Shown here in pieces: positions 49,130 through 58,437 of a DNA stretch of 60,569 nt; positions within the stretch are counted from its first letter, which is position 1; every line of letters starts with the position of its first letter. The notes under the pieces were generated by a model. It made no database searches and was not told the origin of the DNA. It saw only the letters and a program-made list of their open reading frames with translations. The position numbers and the translations under genes were made by a program. The DNA lies in assembly GCA_046861385.1 (NCBI GenBank), contig JBHHTW010000011.1:1-60569 (forward strand). Direction: 5' to 3'. Source of the DNA: Fidelibacterota bacterium (GTDB lineage: Bacteria; Fidelibacterota; Marinisomatia; Marinisomatales; TCS55).

Positions 49130-49840
49130 TCAAGCTGTTTTGGATGGCCAGTATAAAAAACGATTACAAACATCACATGAGCTTATACTGTCTCCTTTTT
49201 TTACTTCTGCCAATTTTTGCGGAGGCACCATTGATCCACACCCACTACATGAAGAGGATAAAACTTCCACAACCCCAAGTCCCCCTCTAGCAGAAAATAC
49301 ACGGTTATATTTTGACACTATCGTATCTGAAAGATCCGAGATAACCAATTCTCTATCTTTTTTTAATTGTTCCTTCTTTTCTGATGATTCAGCAATCAAT
49401 GATTCCAAATTGGATCTTCTTTCATGCAAATTTGATGTTAAGGAACCCAGGTTATTTTCCTGTTTCTCAGTTTTTTCCAGCAACTGATCTTTTTCCATTG
49501 TTAGCTCTAATTCATTCGTCTCAATGCTATCCAACTCCTCTTTTAAGAAATCAATTTCTTGTGACAGAGCATCGTATTGTTTATTTGTTTTAACTAAGAA
49601 TAATTGATCTTTTAGTTTTTGGATTTTCTCTTGGATCACTTTTGCATTGTGATCCTTTTTGGATATGTTTAATTCGATTTCTTTTATGCGTGTTTTTGCG
49701 TGATCAATTTCTTCGACAGCTGATTTTTCATTCTGACTTAATTCATCTACTTTGAGAGGAAGATCTCCCAGTAATTCCCGAATTTCCTGTAGTTGACCAT
49801 CAATCTCCTGCAATTGGATCAATGATGCGATTGAGTTCAT
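49130..49840 (-). CDS. C4 zinc-ribbon / coiled-coil protein (DUF164, CT398/HP0958-like); start 49840
   Basis: LIQLQEID, coiled coil, KTNKQYDAL..EI and CSGC...CDVCNRFLY. CAGGAG lies upstream of the ATG at 49840. Confidence 0.9.
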   Translation of the reverse strand: MNSIASLIQLQEIDGQLQEIRELLGDLPLKVDELSQNEKSAVEEIDHAKTRIKEIELNISKKDHNAKVIQEKIQKLKDQLFLVKTNKQYDALSQEIDFLKEELDSIETNELELTMEKDQLLEKTEKQENNLGSLTSNLHERRSNLESLIAESSEKKEQLKKDRELVISDLSDTIVSKYNRVFSARGGLGVVEVLSSSCSGCGSMVPPQKLAEVKKGDSISSCDVCNRFLYWPSKTA

Positions 49841-49861
49841 AGCGTGGCTCCTGTTCACTAA

Positions 49862-49890
49862 ACAAAAAATGCACCTGCAAAGGTGCATTT
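49862..49890 (-). terminator. Intrinsic terminator-like hairpin between sat-cysC and the zinc-ribbon gene
   Basis: The minus strand reads AAATGCACCT-TTGC-AGGTGCATTT-TTTGTT. Confidence 0.75.
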
Positions 49891-50006
49891 AATATTTGAT
49901 TTTGGAAAAATAAACCGGGGTGTTCGCATTTTGTTCAATTCAGAACGCCCCTTTCTCTAGTAATTATCTTATTCATAAAGCTTGGTAATTTAAACATTAC
50001 TTTGAA

Positions 50007-51713
50007 TTATAGATAACCCAATTCTTTGATTTTTCGCAATATCTCATTTACTAATTCTTCCGGTGAGGCATTAGCAGAAGTGATGGTAATTTCAGGGGCC
50101 TCCGGTTCTTCATAGGGGTCATCAATCCCGGTAAACTGTTTTAATTTACCGGCTCTCGCTAATGCATAAAGGCCTTTGGCATCTCTTTCCTCGCATATCG
50201 ACAAAGAGGTATCGACATGTATCTCAATAAAGCCACCTAGAGGCGTAATAAGTTCACGGTTGAAGCGGCGGTCAGATTTATATGGTGCAATGGGTGCACA
50301 AATCGCAATCCCTCCATTTTTTGTAATCTCGCTGGCTACAAAACCAATTCGACGGACGTTTAGCTTACGATGTTCCTGAGAAAAACCAAGTTCGCTGGAT
50401 AAGTGAGTTCGGACAATATCACCATCAAGCAATGTTACCGGTCGCCGGCCGTCCTCCATCAGTTTGACCAGTAATCCATTTGCCAACGTGGATTTTCCTG
50501 ATCCGGAAAGACCCGTAAAGAATATAGTAAAGCCTCGTTTATCCAACGCGGGTCGAAACCGACGCAGTTCAGCCACAACGTTCGAATATGAAAACCATTC
50601 TGGTATTTCTTCATCGTTACGCAGTCGATTCCTGAGGTCTGTTCCGGAAATCATCTTGAATTCCTCATTATCTTTCAATTCATCTTTTGGGACATAAGCA
50701 TCTTTAGATGGAACATAAACCATGAGTTGAAATGGAACCATCTTAATCCCAAGTTCATCCTCATGTTCTTTAAGTAAATCTTGAGCGTCATAGGGGCCAT
50801 AAAATGGTTTACCGTCTTTTCCGTTTCCCGGGCTGGCATGATCTCTACCAACGATGAACATATTACACCCATAATTTTTACGAATGATGGCATGCCATAA
50901 AGCTTCCCTGGGTCCACCCATCCGCATCGCCAGAGGCAGTAAAGACAACATTGCTGTATTTTCCCGATACTTTTCTAAGACGTACTGGTAACATCTTACA
51001 CGGGTATAATGATCCACATCCCCCGGTTTTGTTAAGCCGACTACAGGATGAATAAGTACATTGGCATTATGTTCTTGAGCGGCACGAACAGTTAATTCTA
51101 CATGAGCACGGTGCATGGGATTTCGGGTTTGAAAAGCGACGACGTTATCCCATCCTCTTTCCAAAAATAAGTCTCGCACTTCCTGGGGCGTTTGACGTAA
51201 ATCGGTATAATCATATTGTTTTGGCAGCATCAGACCTACCAAAGGCCCTCCCAGATAAATCGGGTTGGATTCGTTCAGTAGATAATTGACCGCCGGATGT
51301 GTTTCATCGTCTGTTCCTAATACTTTTTCAGATTCGGCAATTTTATCCGGTGTCCACTTTGATTCAATTGTCATGATTGCAATTGCAAATCCTTCTTTAT
51401 CCCGTAAAGCAATTTGATCCGACAATTTTATCATTTCTGAAAAATTTTCAGAAACATCCAAGGTTACAGGAATGGGCCAAATAGTTCCATCTGCAAGACG
51501 CATATTATCCAAAACAGACTGATAATCACTCTCAGTTAAAAATCCTTTCAAGGGAGAAAATCCACCGTTTAAGATCATTTCTATATCACAAATTTGACGA
51601 TCGTTTAGAGTCCAGGATGGAAGTGATTTTGCTTTTTGTTTTAGAATTTCTAATTGATCGGCAGCTGATAATAGATTTTGTAGTTTGCCGCCGTGAGGTT
51701 CAATAAATGCCAT
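50007..51713 (-). CDS. Bifunctional sulfate adenylyltransferase / adenylylsulfate kinase (Sat-CysC); start probably MAFIEPHGG at 51713
   Basis: PHGGKL, NGGFSPL, FQTRNPMHRAH, IVGRDHA and ISGT, then the kinase P-loop GLSGSGKST, LDGD and FTGIDDPYE. Confidence 0.95.
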   Translation of the reverse strand: MAFIEPHGGKLQNLLSAADQLEILKQKAKSLPSWTLNDRQICDIEMILNGGFSPLKGFLTESDYQSVLDNMRLADGTIWPIPVTLDVSENFSEMIKLSDQIALRDKEGFAIAIMTIESKWTPDKIAESEKVLGTDDETHPAVNYLLNESNPIYLGGPLVGLMLPKQYDYTDLRQTPQEVRDLFLERGWDNVVAFQTRNPMHRAHVELTVRAAQEHNANVLIHPVVGLTKPGDVDHYTRVRCYQYVLEKYRENTAMLSLLPLAMRMGGPREALWHAIIRKNYGCNMFIVGRDHASPGNGKDGKPFYGPYDAQDLLKEHEDELGIKMVPFQLMVYVPSKDAYVPKDELKDNEEFKMISGTDLRNRLRNDEEIPEWFSYSNVVAELRRFRPALDKRGFTIFFTGLSGSGKSTLANGLLVKLMEDGRRPVTLLDGDIVRTHLSSELGFSQEHRKLNVRRIGFVASEITKNGGIAICAPIAPYKSDRRFNRELITPLGGFIEIHVDTSLSICEERDAKGLYALARAGKLKQFTGIDDPYEEPEAPEITITSANASPEELVNEILRKIKELGYL

Positions 51714-52006
51714 GTGTTTCCAATGTTTTAGTGTTAAAAAGGTGCGGAAGTTATGAAATTTCTTTTTAATCCGACATTTATTTTCGGTGTATTTTTGCCT
51801 ATCAGACAACTATATTCAATAAATAAAAGTATCTGTATAGGTCAAGCTGGAGAATGACCTTCATATAACAAAGTTGATAAAGTTCATTTTGGAATATGCA
51901 TAGTTAAATTCAGGAACAATATAATGATGTTAAAAGTTTAGTCATTTGTTAATCCGCAGATAATAACATCGGAAAAGCATTGCGATAGTTCAATAAATTA
52001 GTATTA

Positions 52007-52166
52007 GAGGGCTTTGCAAAACCTATTGCACAAATTAAAAAGTCTAAAATTCGTCTGCTTTTCGTTAGAAAACTTGTCCATAGCCCCGCTATTAACTATG
52101 TTTTCCGCCTTAATCAGACATATTTTACATCTTTTTCCTTTACACATCAGGTTTTGCAAAGCTCTC
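52007..52166 (+). mobile_element. MITE-like 160-bp palindromic element, copy 2, with TA flanks
   Basis: TA-GAGGGCTTTGCAAAACCT ... AGGTTTTGCAAAGCTCTC-TA (19/20 IR including TA). The imperfect IR extends ~55 bp, and there is a central ATAGC-CCC-GCTAT hairpin. Confidence 0.88.
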
Positions 52167-52293
52167 TAGTAAGGAATAAACGGGAAAAAATACTAAATCT
52201 TTAAATATTAATAGTGAATAACCATCATAACGTTTTAGCTTTGCTTTTTAATAAAATCATTAAATTCATAATTCAAAAACACAAGTATAACTT

Positions 52294-54627
52294 ATGATAC
52301 GAATATTATTTATTGGCTGTCTTTTATTTTCTGGAATATTTAGTCAAACTTCAGCAGAAATTAAAAGACAAATACGCAATTCAGGTATGTCTGAATCTCA
52401 ACTGAGGCAATTGGCAAAACAGCGGGGCCTTAGGGATAATGAAATTGATGCTAAAGTAAAGGAATTGGGGTTTAAAGCCCGATATCAAGACAATCGATAC
52501 TCCAGACAAGGGGTTGATTCTGTTCGGACTAGTTTACCTCAGGAAAAAGTCATCCAAATTATTAATGATTCATCATCCCTCAATGAATTTCCAACCCATG
52601 AAATAACTTATTTTGGCTACAAAATGTTTCAGAGAGATCCAGCAATTTTTCAAGGATCCGAATTGGGTGCGGTTGACCCTGGTTATAATATCGGTCCTGG
52701 AGATGAAATCATCATTATGCTCTGGGGGGAAACGCAGTTTCGAGAAATATTCTCCGTAGATCGTGAAGGATTTATTTTTATTCCGGAAGCGGGACAGGTT
52801 TTTGTTAATGGATTGACGATGAAACGACTGGAATCAAAATTATTTAATGTTTTGTCACAAAAATATTCAAGTTTAGTTCGGGCAAATGGCGGAAAACCAA
52901 CTACCTTTTTGGATGTGAGTTTAGGGAATCTCCGACCGATACGGATTCTTGTGGTTGGAGAGGTCGATCAACCCGGAGCTTATCAGGTTGGCCCTGCTAC
53001 AACCATATTTACATCCTTATATTATTTCAACGGTCCAACTAATTTAGGAAGTTTGCGAAATATTCAACTTATTCGGAATGGTCACGCCATGGCTTCCATT
53101 GATTTTTACGATTATTTGTTATCCGGTAAGAAAATCAATGATCTTCGCTTACAACTTGATGATACAGTATTTTTACCTCCCAGAGGGAAAACGGTAACAA
53201 TACGGGGAGAAATCAAGCGCCCTGCCATATATGAATTAAAAGAGAACGAAGGGCTACTCAACTTAATTACCATTGCCGGGGACTTTACTTCAAAAGCTTA
53301 TCTCGATCGGATCCAGATTGATCGTATTGTGCCCTCGGATCAGCGTGAATTATTGGGAATGGACCGGATGTTGCTAGATGTCAGTATCCATGATTTGAAA
53401 ACCAAGTCGACTGATATGGAATTAATGGATGGCGATACCATCAATATATTTTCTGTGCAAACCTTAATAGGAAATTATGTGGATATTTCCGGAAATGTCT
53501 ATAGACCCGGAAGATTTGAGTATACTGAAAAATTAAATGTATATGATCTTGTGGAAATGGCTGACGGCCTTGTAGAGGATACGTATTTGGACATGGCTCA
53601 CCTCATTCGCAGAAATGACGATTTAACCAAGGAAATATTGGAGTTCAATCTTGGGAATGCCATTAATCAAGCTGAAATGGATAATCTTGAATTACAACCC
53701 TTTGACAGTTTGGTTGTTTTTAATAAAAATAAAGTTTTTAATATATTTAAAACTGTTGCCGTTACAGGTGCAGTGAAATATCCTGATCGGTACAATTATT
53801 ATGAAGGAATGACCATTAATGATCTATTGATACAAGCAGGGGGATTTGCAGAAAATGTATACCGTGCCAAACTTGAAATAATGAGAGTTAACCCTGATTC
53901 TACGAACAAAAATGAGTTTGGTTATACTCTTGAAATACCGGAATTTTTGGCCATTGAAGAACTGCAACAAAATGATGGCAATAGTCCAATGAATAAATTG
54001 CATCCCTATGATGTGGTGTTTGTACGACCCGATCCTTATTTTAAACTGGATCAGAATGTTGAAGTGACCGGCGCTGTAGTTTATCCCGGTAAATATGCAT
54101 TAGCTTCTGCAAACGATTTTATATCTGATTTAATCCAAAGAGCCGGCGGATTTTATGATGATGCGTATCCAGAGGCATCTTCTTTAAATAGGGATAGCAT
54201 CGAAGTTAATATTGATTTGAATAAAATCATGGAGCAACCTGGTTCAAGTATCGATTTCACTTTATTGGCAGGTGACGTTATACATGTATCCAAACATCCA
54301 AATATGGTATATGTACACGGCGAGGTAAATAACCCGGGTGCATTTAAATATAAATCAGGGAAATCGGTAAAAGATTATATCAACGAAGCAGGTGGACTTA
54401 CATCCGATGCAGATAAAAATGGTATATCTATACGATATCCTAATGGAGAGGGAAATGAAGTCAAACGATTGTGGCTCTCCCCGCCTGTGATGGATGGCTC
54501 TATTATTACTATTTCCACTTATACGAGAGAACGCGTTGACAAAACAGAACTTGCGAAAGAAATTACTGCCATCATTGCAAATTTGGCACAAGTGATTACA
54601 ACAATTATTATTATAAGTAAATTATAA
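52294..54627 (+). CDS. Polysaccharide export protein, Wza/KpsD-like with multiple SLBB domains
   Basis: YFGY..F, YNIGPGDE...WG, V.VVGEV..PG.Y, GSLRNIQ and repeated V.GAV..PG/AGG units. Confidence 0.9.
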   Translation: MIRILFIGCLLFSGIFSQTSAEIKRQIRNSGMSESQLRQLAKQRGLRDNEIDAKVKELGFKARYQDNRYSRQGVDSVRTSLPQEKVIQIINDSSSLNEFPTHEITYFGYKMFQRDPAIFQGSELGAVDPGYNIGPGDEIIIMLWGETQFREIFSVDREGFIFIPEAGQVFVNGLTMKRLESKLFNVLSQKYSSLVRANGGKPTTFLDVSLGNLRPIRILVVGEVDQPGAYQVGPATTIFTSLYYFNGPTNLGSLRNIQLIRNGHAMASIDFYDYLLSGKKINDLRLQLDDTVFLPPRGKTVTIRGEIKRPAIYELKENEGLLNLITIAGDFTSKAYLDRIQIDRIVPSDQRELLGMDRMLLDVSIHDLKTKSTDMELMDGDTINIFSVQTLIGNYVDISGNVYRPGRFEYTEKLNVYDLVEMADGLVEDTYLDMAHLIRRNDDLTKEILEFNLGNAINQAEMDNLELQPFDSLVVFNKNKVFNIFKTVAVTGAVKYPDRYNYYEGMTINDLLIQAGGFAENVYRAKLEIMRVNPDSTNKNEFGYTLEIPEFLAIEELQQNDGNSPMNKLHPYDVVFVRPDPYFKLDQNVEVTGAVVYPGKYALASANDFISDLIQRAGGFYDDAYPEASSLNRDSIEVNIDLNKIMEQPGSSIDFTLLAGDVIHVSKHPNMVYVHGEVNNPGAFKYKSGKSVKDYINEAGGLTSDADKNGISIRYPNGEGNEVKRLWLSPPVMDGSIITISTYTRERVDKTELAKEITAIIANLAQVITTIIIISKL

Positions 54628-54628
54628 T

Positions 54629-55705
54629 ATGGAAGGACAACCTCAAATACCGCAAACACCTCCTCCCTATTATTACGAAGAGGATACGATTTCTCTTTCC
54701 GATATTTTAATGGTTCTGGCAAAACAGCTGAAGTTGCTCATCATCATACCATTAGTTTTCGGAATTTTGACTTCTTTTTATGTTCTTTTTATTGCAAGTC
54801 CGGTTTATATATCTTCAGCAAAAATTATGTCTTCCGGAGGGAATAATTCCGTATCTCAACTCCAGGGATTGGCCGCTCAATTCGGCGTTGCTGTTCCGGG
54901 CGGAAATGAAGGAGCTGAGTGGGTTTACCCCGATATCATTAAAAGCCGCACATTGGCAAGAGTTCTGCTTCAAAGAAAATTTGATACCGAAGAGTATGGA
55001 CCGCAGAAATCCCTACTTCAAATACTCACGTACGGCAATGAAGAACCTGAAGTTGGATTAGATACTCTCATGAAATTTGGAATTGAGAGTTATTTGGGAA
55101 TGATAGAAGTTGAGCAAGATCGCTCGTCGTCTATTTATACATTAACCATAAGCGCCTTTGAGCCGCAATTTGCAGCTGATTTATGTGCCGTATTGATAGA
55201 GGAGCTCGATGAACACCAGAGAAAGTATAAAACGGAAAAAGTAAAGGAAACACGGCTTTTCATTGAAGGACGCATCATTGAAATCCAAAAAGAATTAGAA
55301 CACGCTGAAGAAGCGTTAAAAGATTTTAGAGACAGAAACCGTCAGATTCAGCAATCCCCGGCATTGCAACTAGAGCAAGAACGCCTGACGCGGGAAACCT
55401 CTGTTTTAACCGGGGTCTTCACCACACTGAAACAGCAGTTGGAAATGACGAAAATTGATGAAGTGAAAGAGTCTGCTTTGGTCCAGATATTGGATCCGCC
55501 AGAAGCACCCCTTTACCGAGATAAGCCAAAGCGTAAACTTTCAGTCCTGTTATCGCTAATACTCGGCTTTGGAATGGCTGTCGTGGCTGCATTTGTACGG
55601 GAATACGCCAGCAATAGCGATGAGGAAGAAAAGGGGAAATTGAGAGAAATTGCTGAATTGATCAAATCTAATATTTCTGATTTACTTTGGTTCAGGAAAA
55701 AATAG
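54629..55705 (+). CDS. Wzz/GNVR-type polysaccharide co-polymerase without a kinase domain
   Basis: EDTISLSDIL, N-terminal TM, coiled coil, and QILDPPEAP..RDKPKR followed by a C-terminal TM. Confidence 0.88.
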   Translation: MEGQPQIPQTPPPYYYEEDTISLSDILMVLAKQLKLLIIIPLVFGILTSFYVLFIASPVYISSAKIMSSGGNNSVSQLQGLAAQFGVAVPGGNEGAEWVYPDIIKSRTLARVLLQRKFDTEEYGPQKSLLQILTYGNEEPEVGLDTLMKFGIESYLGMIEVEQDRSSSIYTLTISAFEPQFAADLCAVLIEELDEHQRKYKTEKVKETRLFIEGRIIEIQKELEHAEEALKDFRDRNRQIQQSPALQLEQERLTRETSVLTGVFTTLKQQLEMTKIDEVKESALVQILDPPEAPLYRDKPKRKLSVLLSLILGFGMAVVAAFVREYASNSDEEEKGKLREIAELIKSNISDLLWFRKK

Positions 55706-55859
55706 TTAAATTATTACTCCGGTATTGCTTGTCCGCGTGATACCCACCATTTCTACTCAATAAAAGATCCCTCACTTCAATCGGCTGTCTAAGGAGCTGT
55801 AATGCAAGTCATGTTATAGAAGTTGGTCATTATTTTCCATTTAAGTGTTATTGATATGA

Positions 55860-55948
55860 GACTCCTAACGGAGTCCCTTTATGACCCCGGAGTGGTTCGA
55901 TGTCTATAGGATTTAAAATGAATGGTTACCGAACTCCGCTAGGTGTTC
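55860..55948. repeat. Cluster of REP-like hairpins between converging genes
   Basis: GACTCC-TAAC-GGAGTC (55860-75), GACC-CCGGAGT-GGTT (55883-97) and GAACTCC-GCTA-GGTGTTC (55931-48). Confidence 0.65.
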
Positions 55949-56212
55949 AATTTTTGGTTTTTCAATAGGCAATTAATCTGCCGGGACACCCAATATGACC
56001 AAAACGGCTATATTAAATCTTAATATTATTGACGTTAGAGGAACGGAAAATCAAATTATTCAAAAGTGCGGAAGTCAGGAAAAAGGTCTGCCGGCCTGCC
56101 GATTCAAAATTAATTATATTGGTGCTGACTGATACGGGAATTCTCTACTTACAGAGAGAATGGAATAAGGATTAATTTTAATGCAGACAAGCAAGAATGC
56201 CTGTCTTACAGG

Positions 56213-56887
56213 TTATTCAAAAAAACGGAAGCGCAAACAAGCCAAAGCGGATATGAGTCCGTCTTTCAGTCGCAGTTTTTTCCCTTCAGCCGTTGTACGT
56301 CTGTTATATGTAATGGGAATTTCTTTTACTCGGAGGTTTCTTTTAAATACTTTTGCCGTTATTTCTGCTTCCAAGCCAAATCCATTTGATTTTAGTTCCA
56401 GATTTTTGAATGTTTCCACGGAGACGGCCTTGTAACAGGAGGCCATGTCATTAATCCACTTTAAATTCACTATATTTGAAAACCATGTGATTATTTTATT
56501 CCCAAAATAATGGAACGACCATTTTACGGTTTTTCCCATCCATCTACTACCGAATACCACATCAGCTTCCTCGTTTTCAATGGGTTCGATTAATTTTTTA
56601 TAATCATTGGGATCATACTCCAGATCCCCATCCTGTAAAATCACTACATTTCCTGTTAAATGGGGAATTGCCGTTTGGATTGCTCTTCCTTTTCCCATAT
56701 TAATATGATGTTTTAAAAGAATGATACCATCGATTCTGGATAAAATTTCACTTGTTCCATCGGTTGACCCATCGTCCACAACTATAATGTTAAAAACCAA
56801 ACGACTTGCTTTGACCCGATTGATCAGCTCATGACATGTGCGTGCTTCATTATAAACTGGTATAATAATTGATAATTTCGAATTCAT
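56213..56887 (-). CDS. Glycosyltransferase family 2 (DPM/DPG synthase-like)
   Basis: SIIIPVYNE, VVDDGSTDGT, GKG.A, QDGDLEYDP, VVFGSR and FGLEAEIT. Confidence 0.93.
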   Translation of the reverse strand: MNSKLSIIIPVYNEARTCHELINRVKASRLVFNIIVVDDGSTDGTSEILSRIDGIILLKHHINMGKGRAIQTAIPHLTGNVVILQDGDLEYDPNDYKKLIEPIENEEADVVFGSRWMGKTVKWSFHYFGNKIITWFSNIVNLKWINDMASCYKAVSVETFKNLELKSNGFGLEAEITAKVFKRNLRVKEIPITYNRRTTAEGKKLRLKDGLISALACLRFRFFE

Positions 56888-57030
56888 TGGGGTACGGAAG
56901 TTAAAGAATGTACCCGATAGATTATAAAACCAATAATATGCTGCTGTATTTTACGCTTTGATGAACTTTAAACAATTAATCAATATCTCATGCATGAGTA
57001 TCAACAGTAAATAATGTAAATGATCTAATG

Positions 57031-58431
57031 TTATTTTATCTTAAATCCTTTTTGGAATACATATTGATATTTTAGAAATATCTTTCCTTCAACCGTCTTT
57101 TCGATACCTTCATATGCAATCCAATTTGAGTATGGGATGGATGAATACCCCAATTCTATATTACCCATACGGCTCCACCAACCAATAGAAACCGATAATA
57201 TTTTATGATCCAGGATTGGTTTTGATGGAAAGGAACTCTTTTTTGTTTCGTGCCAATTATCATAAACTGATTGAAGCGTATTATTTCCTTTACTCAACCA
57301 GGTAAAATCCAAATGAAAATGCATTTGGTTTGATAGCCGGGCATTCGTTTGCAAATGGGCCGACCATAAATCTGAACCATATAAATATCCCAATGCATGA
57401 CCCCGGTTCACCCAAGAGGTTGATTGTCCATGATGAATATTTGCCCAGGTGTCTATTTTGGTAATGTCTGCTTCCCAGGTAACTGGACTCTTTCTCAACA
57501 TTATAGCGCCATCTGCACCAAAACGTAATCCAATCTGATTTTGTAAATTGCTCTTATCCACTTGAAAATCATCAATCACTAATTCGGTATATATTGATAA
57601 AGATGCTTTTACATTATATCTTGCTGTAAAATAAATAATAGAATTATCACTGTCATCCGGGTCATAAAGTTCGTCTCCCTCCAACGCAGAAAAAAAATAA
57701 GGAATGAATGGATTCAGATACATGAATTCAACTGAACGTTGTTGACCGGTATAAATAACCTGCTCACCGAGACTGATCATTATTTTCTTTGATTTAGGGA
57801 TCCAGATCATGCGATGCCCTGCTGTCAACCGTTTTATGCGCACTTTTACATTTGCAGTATCTGCCCCCAATTGCCCTGAAAAGAACTCAAATTGAAAATC
57901 AGCTATATTTATCTTAGCCATCACAAGATCATAGGTGGGGCCGATCGTTGTATGAACAATTGAATTTGATGTATTTTGTCCTAAAAATAAAGGGAACCGA
58001 CCCATTTGAACCTTAAACATTTGACCTGTATATCTTAAAAATGCATTTCGTAATCGACCACTCATTCCAAATCGTGTAAATGAAGATCCCAATACATTTT
58101 GACCATTGGGATCATTTACGACGACCGGTTCAACGAGTAATGACCAATTTTTTTCCTGAATACTTCCCCAGAAATACAATAATTGAAGGTCAGCAATAGC
58201 CCCTCCGGAATATAATTTGGGTGAGAACCCTATTTGGGTATTTTCCTCTGAAGAATCATTTTGGAGGTCATAAGGACTAAATAATTTAAATATTGATAAA
58301 TCATGGAATGTTCTAAAGGATTCATGGAGTTGATCACTATTTATATCATCCGGCTGAGGAAAATATTGTCCCAAAGCTATTGAAAATAAAAAAGCTCCCA
58401 AAAGCGGGAGCCTGATTAATCTAGTGACCAT
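57031..58431 (-). CDS. Capsule assembly Wzi-like outer-membrane beta-barrel
   Basis: Signal peptide, QMGR...G, AGHR, GEQVIY...YLNP, DNS, YTELVIDD and LGYLYGSD. It sits in a polysaccharide locus. Confidence 0.65.
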   Translation of the reverse strand: MVTRLIRLPLLGAFLFSIALGQYFPQPDDINSDQLHESFRTFHDLSIFKLFSPYDLQNDSSEENTQIGFSPKLYSGGAIADLQLLYFWGSIQEKNWSLLVEPVVVNDPNGQNVLGSSFTRFGMSGRLRNAFLRYTGQMFKVQMGRFPLFLGQNTSNSIVHTTIGPTYDLVMAKINIADFQFEFFSGQLGADTANVKVRIKRLTAGHRMIWIPKSKKIMISLGEQVIYTGQQRSVEFMYLNPFIPYFFSALEGDELYDPDDSDNSIIYFTARYNVKASLSIYTELVIDDFQVDKSNLQNQIGLRFGADGAIMLRKSPVTWEADITKIDTWANIHHGQSTSWVNRGHALGYLYGSDLWSAHLQTNARLSNQMHFHLDFTWLSKGNNTLQSVYDNWHETKKSSFPSKPILDHKILSVSIGWWSRMGNIELGYSSIPYSNWIAYEGIEKTVEGKIFLKYQYVFQKGFKIK

Positions 58432-58437
58432 TTCTTA

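Noticed and set aside
51714-51809. N-terminal extension of Sat-CysC in the ORF track (similarly 49841-49888 for the zinc-ribbon gene)
   Set aside because: Homology starts at MAFIEPHGG. The extensions overlap promoter-like or terminator sequence.
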